From: Sminthopsis crassicaudata
Lineage: Eukaryota
DNA length: 64,000 nucleotides
Direction of reading: 5' to 3'
Assembly (NCBI RefSeq): GCF_048593235.1
Contig: NC_133618.1
Coordinates: forward strand, 660,374,361 to 660,438,360
Position numbers and translations under genes: made by a program
In this document: positions 1-12,362 of the stretch, piece after piece
Layout: each line of letters begins with the position of its first letter
How positions within the stretch are numbered: the first letter of the stretch is position 1
Notes under the pieces: model-generated
The model's input: only the letters and a program-made list of their open reading frames with translations
The model's database searches: none
Told to the model about the DNA's origin: nothing

Positions 1-517
1 AAGTGCTCAATCCAGTACTGAACGGCTAACTGATGGAGCCAACTAAATGATTTCAAGTACGGCGAGACTGAAGTATAGGGTTTGGGGTTCGCACACCGAT
101 CGATGTGGGCGCAGGAGAGTGGAGAACTCCGGTCCCTAGGGAGCCTCTCGGGAACTTCCCCTCCCCCGCCACCCCCTTCCCCACCAGGCTGAGCTGGGAG
201 GGAGGAGGCCGTCAGCTGGGAGAGCCACCGCCGCTGCCTCGCCGCCTGCACTTTGCTGACGAGAGCAGATCCCGTCCTTGAGCTAGAGAGAACTCGGCAA
301 CTGAGAGGGCTGGGAGAACCAAGGAGCCGCGGGCTTTGGGAAGGCACCGAGCTCCGAGCGGACGGAACAGAACTCCACCTAGGTCCTTTTCTGTCCCTGC
401 CTCGGCTCCCTCTCTTCCTGTCCCTTTTCCCCCTCTCCCATTCCCTTTCCCCAGATGGGAACAACTGAGAGAGAACTCTAGATCTAGGGTGGGAGTGAGG
501 GGGAGTGTTGGGGGGGG

Positions 518-541
518 AGAGAGAGAGAGAGAGAGAGAGAC
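518..541. repeat. (GA)n microsatellite
   Basis: Directly visible. Confidence 0.9.
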
Positions 542-959
542 GGCGGGGGCGGGACCAAGGCGGGGCTGAGGGAGGGACAGCTCCAGCGGTGAAAGGAGCT
601 GGGCTCCTGGGCAGTCTCCAAGTCTCGAAAGAGGAGCCGGGATGTAGTGGACCGGACAGAGTCTGGGCCAGCTGGGGGCTAGCGCTTTGGGGAGGGAGAG
701 AGATTTGTCCGCCCCGTCTGGCCCCGGGACTGAACCTTTGAGAGGAGGCCCGGGGACTCTCGCGTCCAGACGGTCCCCGTGGGCGCCCCTACCCCGATCC
801 GGGGGTGTCCGGTAGGGGAGGGGCGGGGAAATGATGGGCGGGGGAGCTCGGCGGGCATCCTGGTGCTGCCAGGGTCCCCCCGGTGACTAAGACGGGCGGC
901 TAGCCCATGGAGGGCCCCGGGGGAGCCTGCTTCTTTTGCACGCCGCCCCCCGGCCGCGC

Positions 960-1562
960 ATGGAGAACTTCAAGAAGGTGCGCACGGAGGAGGCGGACAC
1001 CGAGGCGGAGAGCCTCGGGCCCTTCGCCGACCTGGCCCCGGGAGCCGTGGAGATGAAGGTGAAGGAGGGCAGTAAGATCCGCAACTTGCTGGGCTTCGCC
1101 GCGGCGCGCATGGAGCAGCCGGCCACTCGCACCATAGTGTTCAGCGGCTGCGGCCGCGCCGTCACCAAGACCGTCACCTGCGTGGAAATTCTCAAGCGGC
1201 GGCTGGCCGGCCTGCACCAGGTCACCCGGCTGCGCTACCGGAGCTTACGGGAGGTGTGGGAGAGCCGCCCGCCGCCCCCCGGTTGCCCGGGCCCCAGCCT
1301 CAGCGTGCACAAGAACGTGCCCGCCGTCTCCATTCTGCTCTCCAAGGACGCCCTGGACCCCGGGCAGCCCGGCTACCAGCCCCCGGAGCCCCGGCCCGAC
1401 GCGCGGATCTGGGCGCCGGCGCTGGCGCCAGCGCCGCCTGCTGCCCCCGGACTGAAGAGGGGCCCCGGCTCGCCCGCGGCCGAGGAGAGGGCGAGTAAGA
1501 GGCTGCAGGGCCGCGAAAGGCCGGGCGCAGAGGGGGAGGGGAGCTGGGACGGTGCCGGCTGA
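960..1562 (+). CDS. RPP25: Ribonuclease P/MRP subunit p25 (Alba family), single coding exon, 200 aa
   Basis: ATG at 960 gives MENFKKVR...GPFADLAPGAVEMKVKEGSKIRNL...IVFSGCGRAVTKTVTCVEILKRRLAGLHQVTRLRYRS...LSVHKNVPAVSILLSKDALDPGQPGYQPP, matching human RPP25 as recalled. Adjacency to COX5A and FAM219B favours RPP25 over RPP25L. Confidence 0.96.
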   Translation: MENFKKVRTEEADTEAESLGPFADLAPGAVEMKVKEGSKIRNLLGFAAARMEQPATRTIVFSGCGRAVTKTVTCVEILKRRLAGLHQVTRLRYRSLREVWESRPPPPGCPGPSLSVHKNVPAVSILLSKDALDPGQPGYQPPEPRPDARIWAPALAPAPPAAPGLKRGPGSPAAEERASKRLQGRERPGAEGEGSWDGAG

Positions 1563-3116
1563 GAACTCTTTGCTGCGGGAGTCACCCGTCTCCTTAAGAT
1601 CAGCACGGTGGGCAGGCTCCCCTCTCCTCAAATACAGTCTTTCTGACTCGACCCTCATCACTGTCCTTTCTCGGACCATGCCCCGGAATGACCCTGCACT
1701 ATCAGTCGCCTCTCCCTGAAAGGAGAGAGAAAGGCTCTGCGTTTGGAGTGGACCCCTTTCCCCTTCGCTGTCCTAAATACGATCTTCAGAGTGTTGAAAA
1801 CCAATTAGCGGAGCCTCGAAACAGCCGCTGCCAGCCTGGAAGCCTGCCTTTAGTCCTTCTGACTTCGGTTCCAGCCTCCCTGCTTCCCGCTCCCTTCTCC
1901 CGTGGACCCGCTGGAGTGTCCTGCCGGAATGCAAGATGCCCTCCCTGGGCTCCTGGCGGGGAAGTGGGATATGGCCATCAGGTGTGGGTTCTGCCCCTCT
2001 CCACACAGCCATCCCTACTTCAGACCTAGGGGGGAAGGGGAGGGGGAGGGAGGGGCGTTGTTGCAGGAGCGGTTCTTGTGAAGGTAGAACAGGAATTCTT
2101 GAGAATCCCGAACATAGTTGAGGACATTTCTTCTGCCACAGGCCGGGTCCCCATTTGTGTCTCATCTCAGGGATGGACTTCGGGCCACCCAACTGACACT
2201 CCCAACCCCAACCAACACTTAATTCTGTTTCCCGATAGTCTCCCTCTTGACTCAGAAAGATCCACAAATCAATGGGAGATGAGCTCCTGAGAGATTCCGA
2301 GAGAGATCTCTTAGTCTGGATTCTCTATCTGGGACTTTTGGGGAGTTAAAGGTAAGGTAGTGGGGGAGAAAGGGGAGAACCAGAGACCAGGACACACGGC
2401 AAAGATGCATCATAGAAATCTGACAGGCAGCCTGGCATATTGGAGGGAGAAAGGGATGCATTTCCCACAGCCACACTTTTCTTACTTTATAGTTCTGTTT
2501 CCTTTGTAAAGAGATCCTGAAATCACATCATAGGTTTGGAAGGAGAGGAGAGTTCCTTCTAACCCCAGATTCAGGATAGGAGATGAGAGTGGGGGTGGGA
2601 GAGAAGAGCAGGGTGAATAAGTATTAACTCTAATGAAGAGCCAGGGGTTGAGGGAAGAGAAGGGTCAGGTAGAAAGAAGGTGGGGTGTTATGCAGGCTCC
2701 CAGGATCTCCAAGCTTTGTCCACCCCTAAAAGGAAAAGGCAGTCCCCTAACCCAACACATGTCATGTCAAAGGCAGAGTTTATAAAGAGAAACTTAGAAG
2801 CCAGATTTTTTTTGGGGGGGTTCTCTTTTTCCTGACTAGCCCTGAAGTGTGGAGTTAGTGAAAATCCTTGCTTCATGCATCGAGCCCCTAAAAAGCTTAG
2901 CTGGGAGACACTGAGCATTGGGAGAGACATTGGGAGGGAGGGAAGAAGGGGGGGGAGGATGGGTAGGCAGTTTGAGGAGCTGGGCCCTGAGAATAATGTG
3001 TGGTATGGCTGGCTGCAGTAACACCTTCATCTGGGAGCCCCTTCAATCACCCCAGAGAGACACTGTCAGTGTTATTGATGGTAGCTCCAGTGACTTGTGG
3101 CTCCTAGCTCCTTTGG

Positions 3117-3122
3117 AATAAA
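3117..3122 (+). terminator. RPP25: Candidate RPP25 polyadenylation signal AATAAA
   Basis: First clear AATAAA I saw, ~1.55 kb after the stop; not transcript-verified. Confidence 0.5.
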
Positions 3123-4989
3123 ACACATAAACAAGAAGATAGGGGTGTTTGCTCTGGGATGATTTTCTCGCCCCCCCTTCCTTCTCATCTTTCACAGAGT
3201 GTTACCCCCATCTCCAAGCCTCAGGAAGTAGATAAAAGGGAGATATTTCACTCAGGCATAATATTCTTTCTGGGAGGAAGCCTTGCAGACTTGGAGGCTT
3301 AGTGAATTGGTGTAGCCTGCTGCCTTTTAAAACAAGGATCTCTGCCTCTACTTCCAAGAAAGGTGATGACTGATCCAAGCTGAGGGTAGAGGGAGGGTAC
3401 TTGTGAGAGATGCTTGATAAAGAAGCCTAAGGGATAATCCTGCTTCCTATCCAGTTCTGAACACCTGCCCCTCCCTAGTTGTCCCAATGCGGAAGGCACT
3501 CTGTGCCTGAACAAAAATTAAATGGCAACCAAAGCCTATTCTAGATGTCTCACAAATTCTCTGGGTTTAGCTTCCAGTGTCTTCCCTACCCCCATTCTCA
3601 GTGGTAGTAAGTGAAGGGCTGAAATTGGAAATGAAAATAATTCATCCCTAGGAGGAAAGAGGAGTCAGAGCAATAGCTCTAGTAAGCTTCTGGTTCTCTC
3701 CTCACTGGTCCCCCCAACCCCATCCTACCCCAGACCTGTAGGATTCTTCTTCCCATTCCTTGTTAAGTCCCTGAAAGGCCTAAAACAGCCTCCCTGAAGT
3801 CAGACTCCCAGCCTCTTCTGAAAAGAGCTTCTTTTGTTCTGTTGTCCTTCCCTTTCCCCAGGGATCAAGGTGTCCTTTGGATCCTTCATTTCCCTTGCAG
3901 ACCAACTAGACCAGCCTCCTGCCTCTGTATTCACACAAAGCCCTCTCTCTGGTGGAACTAGAGAGAATATCTTGCCCAGCCTCCACCCTTAAATCCTGCC
4001 TCAAACCCTTTTGTGCCCAGAAGGGCCAAGGACTACGTCTGGAAGAAGGGAGGGGGAGGGAACAAGCCCAAACTCACTGCTGGAAATTAATATTCAATTA
4101 CAGAAGCTTCGGAGAAAGCCAAGGAATCAGTGTGGGCCCCGGGCTGATAAGTAGCTTGCCTCCAGCTTGAGAACAGCTGCCTGCTGAGAGATAAGGAGGC
4201 TTCCTAAGCCTGTCTTTCTCCCCCTCCCCTGCCTATTTTCTCTTCCCACTTGCACAATTCACATCTGTAGCTGAAATCTGGTATCTTCTTTACTGAGTGC
4301 TACAATCTGAAGGGGAGGGGGGAACCAAAATAAGTAAGAGGGCTTGACCATCCTTTCCTGCCCCATGATTACCAGTCCTCACCTGAGCCTTTGGGCATAA
4401 ACTGCAGAATTCCTATATCCCTTTCTAGGTAGATCCATGGTTATGGGATCCTGTGTGGAAAGGAGATAAAGAAGAGGGAGGGAGGGGGGGAGATGGGAAG
4501 GACATTTATATCTCACATAGGCTTGGGGCTGACAGAACCAGTTAATGGATCTTACTGCCTTGATAGGAAAAACTGCCTTGATAGGAAAGTGACTTGCTGG
4601 CTATGACTTGAGGGGCACTGAGAAGCCTGCTCCCCCCTTCCACTCCAAAATGCACTCCCCAGACAGTTTATCATGAGTTCTGCCTAACATTTTCCTATTA
4701 CAGCTTACTCCCTTTGGCTCAGCATTGGCCACCTCCTTACACTGCAGATCCTCTTCTCCCTGACTCAGCCCCTCCATAACCCAATCCTTCCTATTCTAGG
4801 GTAACAGATTCTCTTCAGAGTTGGAGAGGGAGGAAGGTTGGGATAACTTCCTTAAGGAACTGGGAAGGTGGTGGTAGATATTAAATTTTTTTCACTAGGT
4901 CCACCAGGAAATAGTCTTGAACAAAAGAAGAAAAAAAAAAAAGATAAAACAAAATTATCATCAGATCCTCCCAACCTAAAGGTACTCTG

Positions 4990-5330
4990 GATTGTAGGAA
5001 AACTAGAGACTATGGTCCTGAAGAACTGGATGAAGGAGTTTGGGATCTTTAACCTGAACTTCATATTCCTTTCATAATTACTATCTTTCGATCATTTGCT
5101 GTACATGTCATGTAGAAGCAGTATAAGATTTGTTCTATTTGGTTCCAGAGAGCAGTTAATACCAGCAGCAGGAAGAAGAATTCAGGTTTCTATTCCATAT
5201 GAGTGGTTTCTAAAAAACCACTAGGCAAAAAAATGGAATGGGCTACCTTAAGAGCTAATGATCTTCCCAATAGTGACCTTCTGGCAAACTGGTTTATTCT
5301 GCTATCAGAGGAAGGTCAAAGAGATTTCTT
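4990..5330 (+). mobile_element. CR1/L3 LINE 3' fragment
   Basis: Resembles the L3 3' end (gaactggatgaaggagtttgggatctttaacctg...ttgttctatttggttccagagagcag...aaatggaatgggctacct). Confidence 0.55.
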
Positions 5331-6139
5331 TGTAAGATGGAAGGATCTTCTTAGTAAGACAGAGAGAATACAATAAATATTTATTAAGCATAAACTTACA
5401 TAAGCATAAAAAGAAAAAAATACTAACTGCAATTCTATAGAGGGTCGGTGTTCAAATGCTACCTCTGACTCATTTAATCTGTGTGACAATGAAGGTCTGA
5501 TTCCTCATGCAATTTGAGGAGACTAAGCTAATTAATAATAATTCGTAATTAAGGTTCACAAAACAGTCTACAAATATCCTCACAAGTCTAGGAGGCATGT
5601 TCTATTATCATTATCATTATTATTATTATTCCATCTTACAAATGAGCAAGATAAAAAAGTCCAAAGGAGAGCTGCTGCTGTGTTAAAAGAAGGTGAAAAG
5701 GGCTGATCAGTGCAACCCCAGAAATTAAGGTTCTGTAAGGAGCTCTCTCTACCTTCCAAAAAGAAGAAGGGGCCCCAGAGGCTGAGGTTTGATCTAGAGC
5801 TAAAGAAATCTAGAATGAAGTGATTCCTGGGAGCATGATGGAAAGTCCAGAGCCCAGCCAACTAGCACCCATAGTCTACATGACTTCACAGCCTTAATCC
5901 TAAAATGCTCTCTGCAGCAAAAGTCCATCCTTTCCACATGCATATTGTACTGATAATGTGTCTATAGCCAACTAGATGATGCAGTAGAAGAAGTGGAAGG
6001 GAGGGGGACAAACATTTCTCACCATGGAAGGGAGATGATCCAACCAGCATGAAGCCTTTCTCTAAGTTTGTTTATGTATCTTTCAGTCCATTTTCCAGAA
6101 GCTTTGCTTTCCTTCTTGACTTATAAACACTTTCCTTAA

Positions 6140-6345
6140 CTCAGGAGCCAGACCTGCTTTGTTCAAATCTGCCCTCAGATACTTACTGGCTTTGTGACCC
6201 TGGTCAAGTCTCTTAACCCTGTTTACCTCAGTTTCTTTATCTGTAAAATAAACTGGAGAAGGAAATAGTCAACCTCTCCAGTATACCTGCCAAGAAATTT
6301 CCAAATGGGGACACATAGAATAGGACATGACTAAAATGAACAATA
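6140..6345 (+). mobile_element. Mar1-type CORE-SINE
   Basis: CORE sequence followed by an RTE-derived tail (ctggagaaggaaatag...gccaagaaatttccaaatgggg). Confidence 0.75.
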
Positions 6346-6649
6346 GTGTGGCTAAGATTCAAGAGACCTAATGGCTAGATAGGGAAGCAAATATTTAAAA
6401 ACCTTCTCTTTAGTTCAACTGAAGATATTAAAGGAAAAAAATTCTCAAGTCTAAAATCCCTTCTAGATTTAGCTAAAAGATGGATATTTTATCAGCATTT
6501 AATCAAATGCTTCAGTAAACAATATCTTTCCTAAAATTCTCCTTCCCCCATTCTTCTCCTTGGCATTCACTCCTTTCTTTAAGGAAAATGTCCCCTGATA
6601 CTCCACTTTTTCTTAGCGTAGTAGACATCTAGTGGACCTCTAGTGGGCC

Positions 6650-8587
6650 TTCATCATGTGTACATGATGGCCACATAGATTATCCATATTGTCATCTTTA
6701 CTGGTAATACCTATTGGAAGCTGTAATGGTTAAACATAGTATCCAGCCTGATGGTCAGATAGCAAGTGACAAGACCATTGACAAATGGTTTTCAACCCTT
6801 TCTTCAGTGAATTTTCCCTGGGCTCATGTTGGTAGCTCTAGTTAGAACTATTATTGAGGAAGCTCCTACTGGAACCCATTACCAGCTTTTCCACAATGAA
6901 TAACTGCTCACTGGCAAGGAGATGCCACCAATCACAAAGGCAATCAAGCTCTGGACAGAATTCAGAAGCTTGCTGATCAGTGAACAGGTCTTCAATGCAT
7001 CTTGATTTTCCACAGCTTTGTGACTCTGATTTCATCTCTCTGCCAATGAAATATCTACTGATTACAGCAAGAACTCTAACTTGAAATTCTTCATTTACTT
7101 TGGGTTTTCATAAGTTGTACTTGATCCTGTGACAATTTGAAAAGTTCCAAGAAAAAATATATTACAAGAGTAAATGTCAAAAATTAATAAGTTAAAAAGA
7201 AAAATAAAAGATTTTTAAAGTTCTAGGAGACAGTTTCTGGGTAATTTAATAATGGTATTAATAATGCCAGCATTTTAATAAAAAGATGGTCAATTTGGTC
7301 ATCTCTCTTAAGCCAAACACTCTTCATGGTGATGAGCTCATAGTTTATATGCTCTTCAAAGAGTTCTGAAGGTGGCAATCCACTTTGGTTAGCACTTAAT
7401 GAAAAAATAAATGTTACAATGAGGCTATGGTCCATATTACAATGGAGGTCTTGGGTTCCGTTACTTAAGTCACCGAAATCTTAATTAAAGAGACTTAGCA
7501 ATTTCTATATCGCCTGTCTGACAAAAAGGAGGGTTGATATTTTCCCAGACCAATCTGAGCAAACATGATAAGCAGAAATGAATCCATTAGCCCAAATTTA
7601 GAATTTCTTTTATGGTCTGATTAGACATTAGCCTGAGTAAATCTTTGCCTAAGATTTCCTTCACTGGCTGATTTCTGGATAAGGAAGTAGGAAAAAAATG
7701 AAATAATTTCATACAAGCCCTGAACCTCCATTCTGACCACTCACATCACCCTGGATTATAACTTTATAGTAGACAATGAAGCTATTTATATTTATCAAAT
7801 GTCTAACCTAGACTAATCTGAATTGTCTTATTAACCAAATTGTGTCCTCTGTTGTTCTCTGATTTGCTGGAACATTGAATGTTGATCCAATAGAATTCCA
7901 GACCAGCCTAATTCCCCCTCTCATTATTTGCATTCCCATTATTTCATGCCCCAGTCATATTTGCTGAGAAGGCCTACTATGAGCAGCTAACTATAACAAA
8001 GATTAGCAATGCTTGCTCTGAGCTTATCAACCAGATGGTGAAATGTGACCCTTAAAAAAGGTAAATACATGGCTCATGGCTTGTTATACTGTGGTAACTT
8101 GATTCCCAAAGATCATCAAGACAAAGTGTAGCATCCAGTTTGTGACTTGGTGTTCAACTGGCTTCCAAGTTGGCATAAATTACCAGCCTTCCACTGTAGT
8201 TCCTGGTGACAACCTGGTCAAGGTACAAGAGGCTGTGTGCATGTTGAGCAATACAACAGCTGTTGGTAGGCCTGCCTGGGCTCCCCTGGATCACAAAATC
8301 AATCTGATATATGTTAAGGTACCTGGGTTCATTGGTATGTGGGAGAGAGAATAAAGGAAGGAGAGTTCTGTGGGTCATGGAAGGATATAGTTGCCTTGGA
8401 GAAGGATTATGAGGAGATTGAAGGAGATAGTGCTAAGGGGAAAAATGAAGGTAAGGAATATTACATTATATGTTATCTTTTTTTTTTTTTCAGATTACAT
8501 CTGTCTCTTATCTGTTCTGTGAAAATGCCCTCTGCAATCATTAAATATCAATAAAAGTGTGATACTTGCATAAAAAAAAAAAAAAAA
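6650..8587 (+). pseudogene. Processed alpha-tubulin pseudogene (TUBA1C-like), near full length, degraded, split by a solo LTR
   Basis: Colinear intronless relics of HGIQPDGQMPSDKTI (~6735-6780), FNTFFSE, RQLFHPEQLITGKEDA, DRIRKLADQCTGLQ, DYGKKSKLEFSIY (~7060-7098), [59 protein letters not shown] and ALEKDYEE..DSAKGKNEGKEY; AATAAA at 8550-8555 and A16 at 8572-8587. Confidence 0.93.
7128..7711 (-). mobile_element. Solo LTR inserted in the tubulin pseudogene
   Basis: TGTGAC...TTTCA ends; tubulin homology stops and resumes at the V-E-P|Y-N-S codons; a related copy lies at 54603-55084. Confidence 0.75.
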
Positions 8588-8986
8588 GATAATTTCCTTC
8601 CACCTTAAAGAGAGAAATACATTGATCAGAGAGAAGAGGTTTTATTTTGTTTTGTTTTTTTCCTCCGAGTTACCTAGAACCAAGTTGGGAGAGGGAAAGA
8701 AAAATCCTTGAGGAGATTAGTGTAACTGAATAATTTTAGGAGAAAGACCTTTCCTCCAGGATTAAGTAATGTTATTCTGTGTGATTAAGTAAAATGTTAA
8801 TTTTATCCAAATTCTAGTTATAAAACTATATTTTATCCTATTGTGAAATTTTTCTTTGTTCAAGAATCCCATAAATGATATTTCCACATTTCTTAGTTTA
8901 GACAGATGGCCAAGGACATTATGAGGACAAATGTCCATTTGGATATTTCTTTCTCCAAGCTAGAAATGCTTAGAAGAATGATTAAA

Positions 8987-9137
8987 GACAGCTAGGTGGC
9001 ACAGTGGATAGAGCACCAGCCCTGAATTCCGGAGGACCCGAGTTCAAATCTGGTCTCAGACACTTAACACTTCCTAGCTGTGTGACCCTGGGCAAGTCAC
9101 TTAACCCCAGCCTCAAAAAAAAAAAAAAAAAAAAAAG
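8987..9137 (+). mobile_element. WSINE1 SINE
   Basis: gacagctaggtggcacagtggatagagcaccagccctgaattccggaggacccgagttcaaatc... with pol III A/B boxes and a poly-A tail. Confidence 0.92.
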
Positions 9138-10209
9138 AAAGAAAATAGAGTAGGTTCAGAAGAAAGCATTGGAAGCTAGGAGATCAGGAAAGGTTTTCTG
9201 TAGAAGCTGATGTTCCATGTGGATAGAAAATGTACCAAATGAAGTCCTGATTGGGAAATCCAAGAAAAAAAATCACAGTTATTTTTCTCCTCTATGTTAT
9301 GCAGACACAGAGAAGTCAATGGACATTGGAATAAAGTCCAATTAGGAACAGAAAAATGGAGCACTCAATCTTACTGTGATGGAATGAAATCGGAATGGAG
9401 TGAAATAGGATTACATCTGGATATTGGGGCAAGAGAAAGTCACCCACCCAAATAGAGAGGCTGGACCTCATGCAAGTTGCAGGAGTAGGTATCAACTAAC
9501 CGTTTAATTATTCATTTCCAATTTTATTTCATAGATAAAAGTAAGACACAAAAAGAAAGTTCTTGTGCTTCTAGAGTAAGGAATGGTCAGGGTCCTAGGC
9601 AATGGTCCTGAGAAAAAAGCAAGCTCAAAAGCATGCAGTAGTTGTGTGGCTCTGGCTCTAGGAGTGAAACAAGATTTCAGTTCCAGTTTCCAATTACTCC
9701 TGTCAATTTATCTAGCAAAACTGAATTCTATCCTATAAGGGAAAAAGTAGATTTTTAGTGAAATAGAAAACTTCCGAGAATTATTGATGAAAAGATAAAA
9801 AGGCAAACATAAGCAAGCAATCATAAAGAACTAAATCAAGATTAATTGTTTATTTTCTAATATGAAGTGATAATACATGTGTCTCCTCAGAACCTTATTC
9901 TTATTAGGGATCATAAAAGGCATCTACTAAAGTAAAGAAACTGGCAGTAGTCATGTCATGTTTTGATGATCTTTAAAAAATGGAAAAGGAGAAGAGGAAT
10001 GCAGAAGGAAGGAAGGAAGAAGAATGTAGGAAGTTCTTTCACATAATCAAGGTCATAAATAGAACACTACATATAGAAGAAAGGATAGGAGGTCTATGTG
10101 ACATTTGAGCTTCACTTTCATCTGAACTAGTGAAAATAAGAATACACACACACACACACACACCCACAATCACACACACACACCCTAAGATAAAGAAAGG
10201 AGGAGGGGA

Positions 10210-11226
10210 TGACATGATGGTATACTTAGAGAACCCCAAAGACTCTGCTAAAAAGCTATTAGAAATAATTCAGAATTTTAGCAAAGTGGCAGGATACAAA
10301 ATAAATCCACACAAATCCTCAGCATTTTTATATATCACCAACAAAATGCAACAGCAAGAGATACAAAGAGAAATTCCATTCCAAATTCCATCTCCAAATG
10401 TTGAGAGTATAAAGTATTTGGGAATCCATCTACCAAAAAATAGTCAGGAATTATATGAGAAAAATTACAAAACACTTGCCACAAAAATAAAGTCAGATTT
10501 AAATAATTGGAAAGACATTCAGTGCTCTTGGATAGGCCGAGCGAATATAATCAAGATGACAATACTCCCCAAACTAATCTATTTATTTAGTGCTATACCA
10601 ATCAGACTCCCAAGAAACTATTTTAATGACCTAGAAAAAATAACAACAAAATTCATATGGAAGAATAAAAGGTTGAGAATTGCAAGGGATCTAATGAAAA
10701 AAAAAAAAAACTCAGAGGAAGGTGGTCTAAGTGTACCTGATCTAAAGCTATATTATATAGCAGCAGTCACCAAAACCATTTGGTATTGGCTAAGAAATAG
10801 ACCGGTAGATCAGTGGAACAGATTAGATACAAAGGACAAAAAAGGGTACATCTATAGCAATCTAATCTTTGACAAACCCAAAGATACCAACATTAGGGAT
10901 AAAAATTCATTATTTGGAAAAAATTGTTGGGAAAACTGGAAATTAGTATGGCAGAAATTAGATATGGATCAAATACTTATTACTTTATTTACTTATACCT
11001 TCGGAATCTAATACTTAATGTGCAACAAGAAAATGGTATTTACATACATATATTGTATCTAGGTTATATTGTAACACATGAAAAATGTATGGGATTGCCT
11101 GTCATTGGGGGGAGGGAGTGGAGGGGGGGATAATTTGGAAAAATGAATACAAGGGATAATATTATAAAAAAAATTACTCATGCATATATACTGTGGGAAA
11201 AAAAATCTAAATTAAAAAAAAAAAAA
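10210..11226 (+). mobile_element. Young 5'-truncated L1 with an internal deletion (ORF2 RT/thumb region fused to the 3' UTR end)
   Basis: Open frame DDMMVYLENPKDSAKKLLEIIQNFSKVAGYKIN...KCWENWKLVWQKLDMD; L1-like 3' end and poly-A; perfect 18-bp TSD AAAGAAAGGAGGAGGGGA at 10192-10209 and 11227-11244. Confidence 0.93.
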
Positions 11227-11249
11227 AAAGAAAGGAGGAGGGGACCTAA

Positions 11250-12362
11250 TAATAACTAAGCAAGGCCAAAGAAAACAAATCCACATAGTGTGCATGTCCA
11301 AAAAATATATGTTTCTGCACCTTATATTCATCACTTTTCAGACAGGAAGTTGGATAACATGACCTCTGAAATCATGTCTGGTCACTATATTTGATTCAAG
11401 TTGTCTTTCAAAGCCTTTCAAAGTTGGTTTTCTATGTAATAGTTCTGTCCTCAAATATAGTTTCTCCATTCTGTTTATTCCATTCTGTCAGTTCATGCCC
11501 AGTATGCCCTGAAATAATTTTCTTTATTTCATTTTGACAAAGAATATTCCATCATATTCCTATGCCACAGTTTGTTGTCTTTTTTCACTGGTCTAAGAAA
11601 CAATCTTAAAGTACTTCCCCATCCTCATCCCTTAGATTCTAGTTTCTTGTTTTTCTTTTTTTCTTTTCCTCTTTTAATACCTCCTTAGAATCAGCAAGCT
11701 TATTGTATTTGTGATCATTCCCTTTCCAATATTAATCTTCTTAACTCCTGTATCTCCAGTTGTTTCTCTGTCCTAGTAGGTATGTTCAAGCTTCTTTTGT
11801 CCATTTCAGATAAGGGTGAAATTTATTTAATGCCAATTCCTTTACCCTTTCCTCCATATTTCTCTATGATCAATTATGAGAAAAAGTCCTTCCCTTTTCC
11901 TTCTTTCTACACTAATGTATTATTTTTGCTCTCTTTTTTCTTTCCTCAATTCAAATAGAACCAATCTATTCAGGATATGTTTTTCTTACTAAACTCCCTT
12001 TTAATACTTTAAGGTTGTGAACATTACTTGTTTCCTCTTCCTCTATTAAAATGTTAGCACCACATCATCATGCAGTTCTGTCCAATTTCTCAGATAAATT
12101 TATTTTTCTAGGTTTCTCTATCTCTTGCATATGGATTTCCAAGTACATATTCATCTTTGATAATTTTCATCTGAAATGCCTGAAAATTAAAAAAAAAAAG
12201 GATTAAAAATCCTTTTTTTCCTTCTCAGAAGGATGATATTCAACATGCCAAAGTTTTATTCTTGGCTGTATTATTTAGTCTTTTAGAATATTGTATTCCA
12301 AGATCTTCTTTTATTTACAATGGAACTTGTCAAATCTTGTGTGATGCTGACAATAGTTCCTT
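11250..12362 (-). mobile_element. Old degraded L1 fragments
   Basis: T-rich sequence resembling the reverse complement of marsupial L1. Confidence 0.55.

Larger units (their letters stand above)
60..1620. promoter_or_regulatory. CpG island covering the RPP25 promoter and CDS
   Basis: Dense CpG and high GC against a CpG-poor background; GC-box-like GGGGCGGGG near 820-828. Confidence 0.85.

Noticed and set aside
936-959. Extended RPP25 N-terminus from the track start at 936
   Set aside because: The codon is TTG; homology begins at the ATG at 960
887-1679. Several 77-144 aa ORFs overlapping RPP25 in other frames or strands
   Set aside because: GC-rich CpG-island shadow ORFs with low-complexity P/A/G/R content and no recognisable domain
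8987-9070. tRNA genes (A/B-box motifs here and in other SINE heads)
   Set aside because: These are tRNA-derived SINE heads followed by CORE and tail, with no cloverleaf
10130-11011. 293-aa ORF as a host gene
   Set aside because: It is L1 ORF2 read in from flanking CA-repeat sequence
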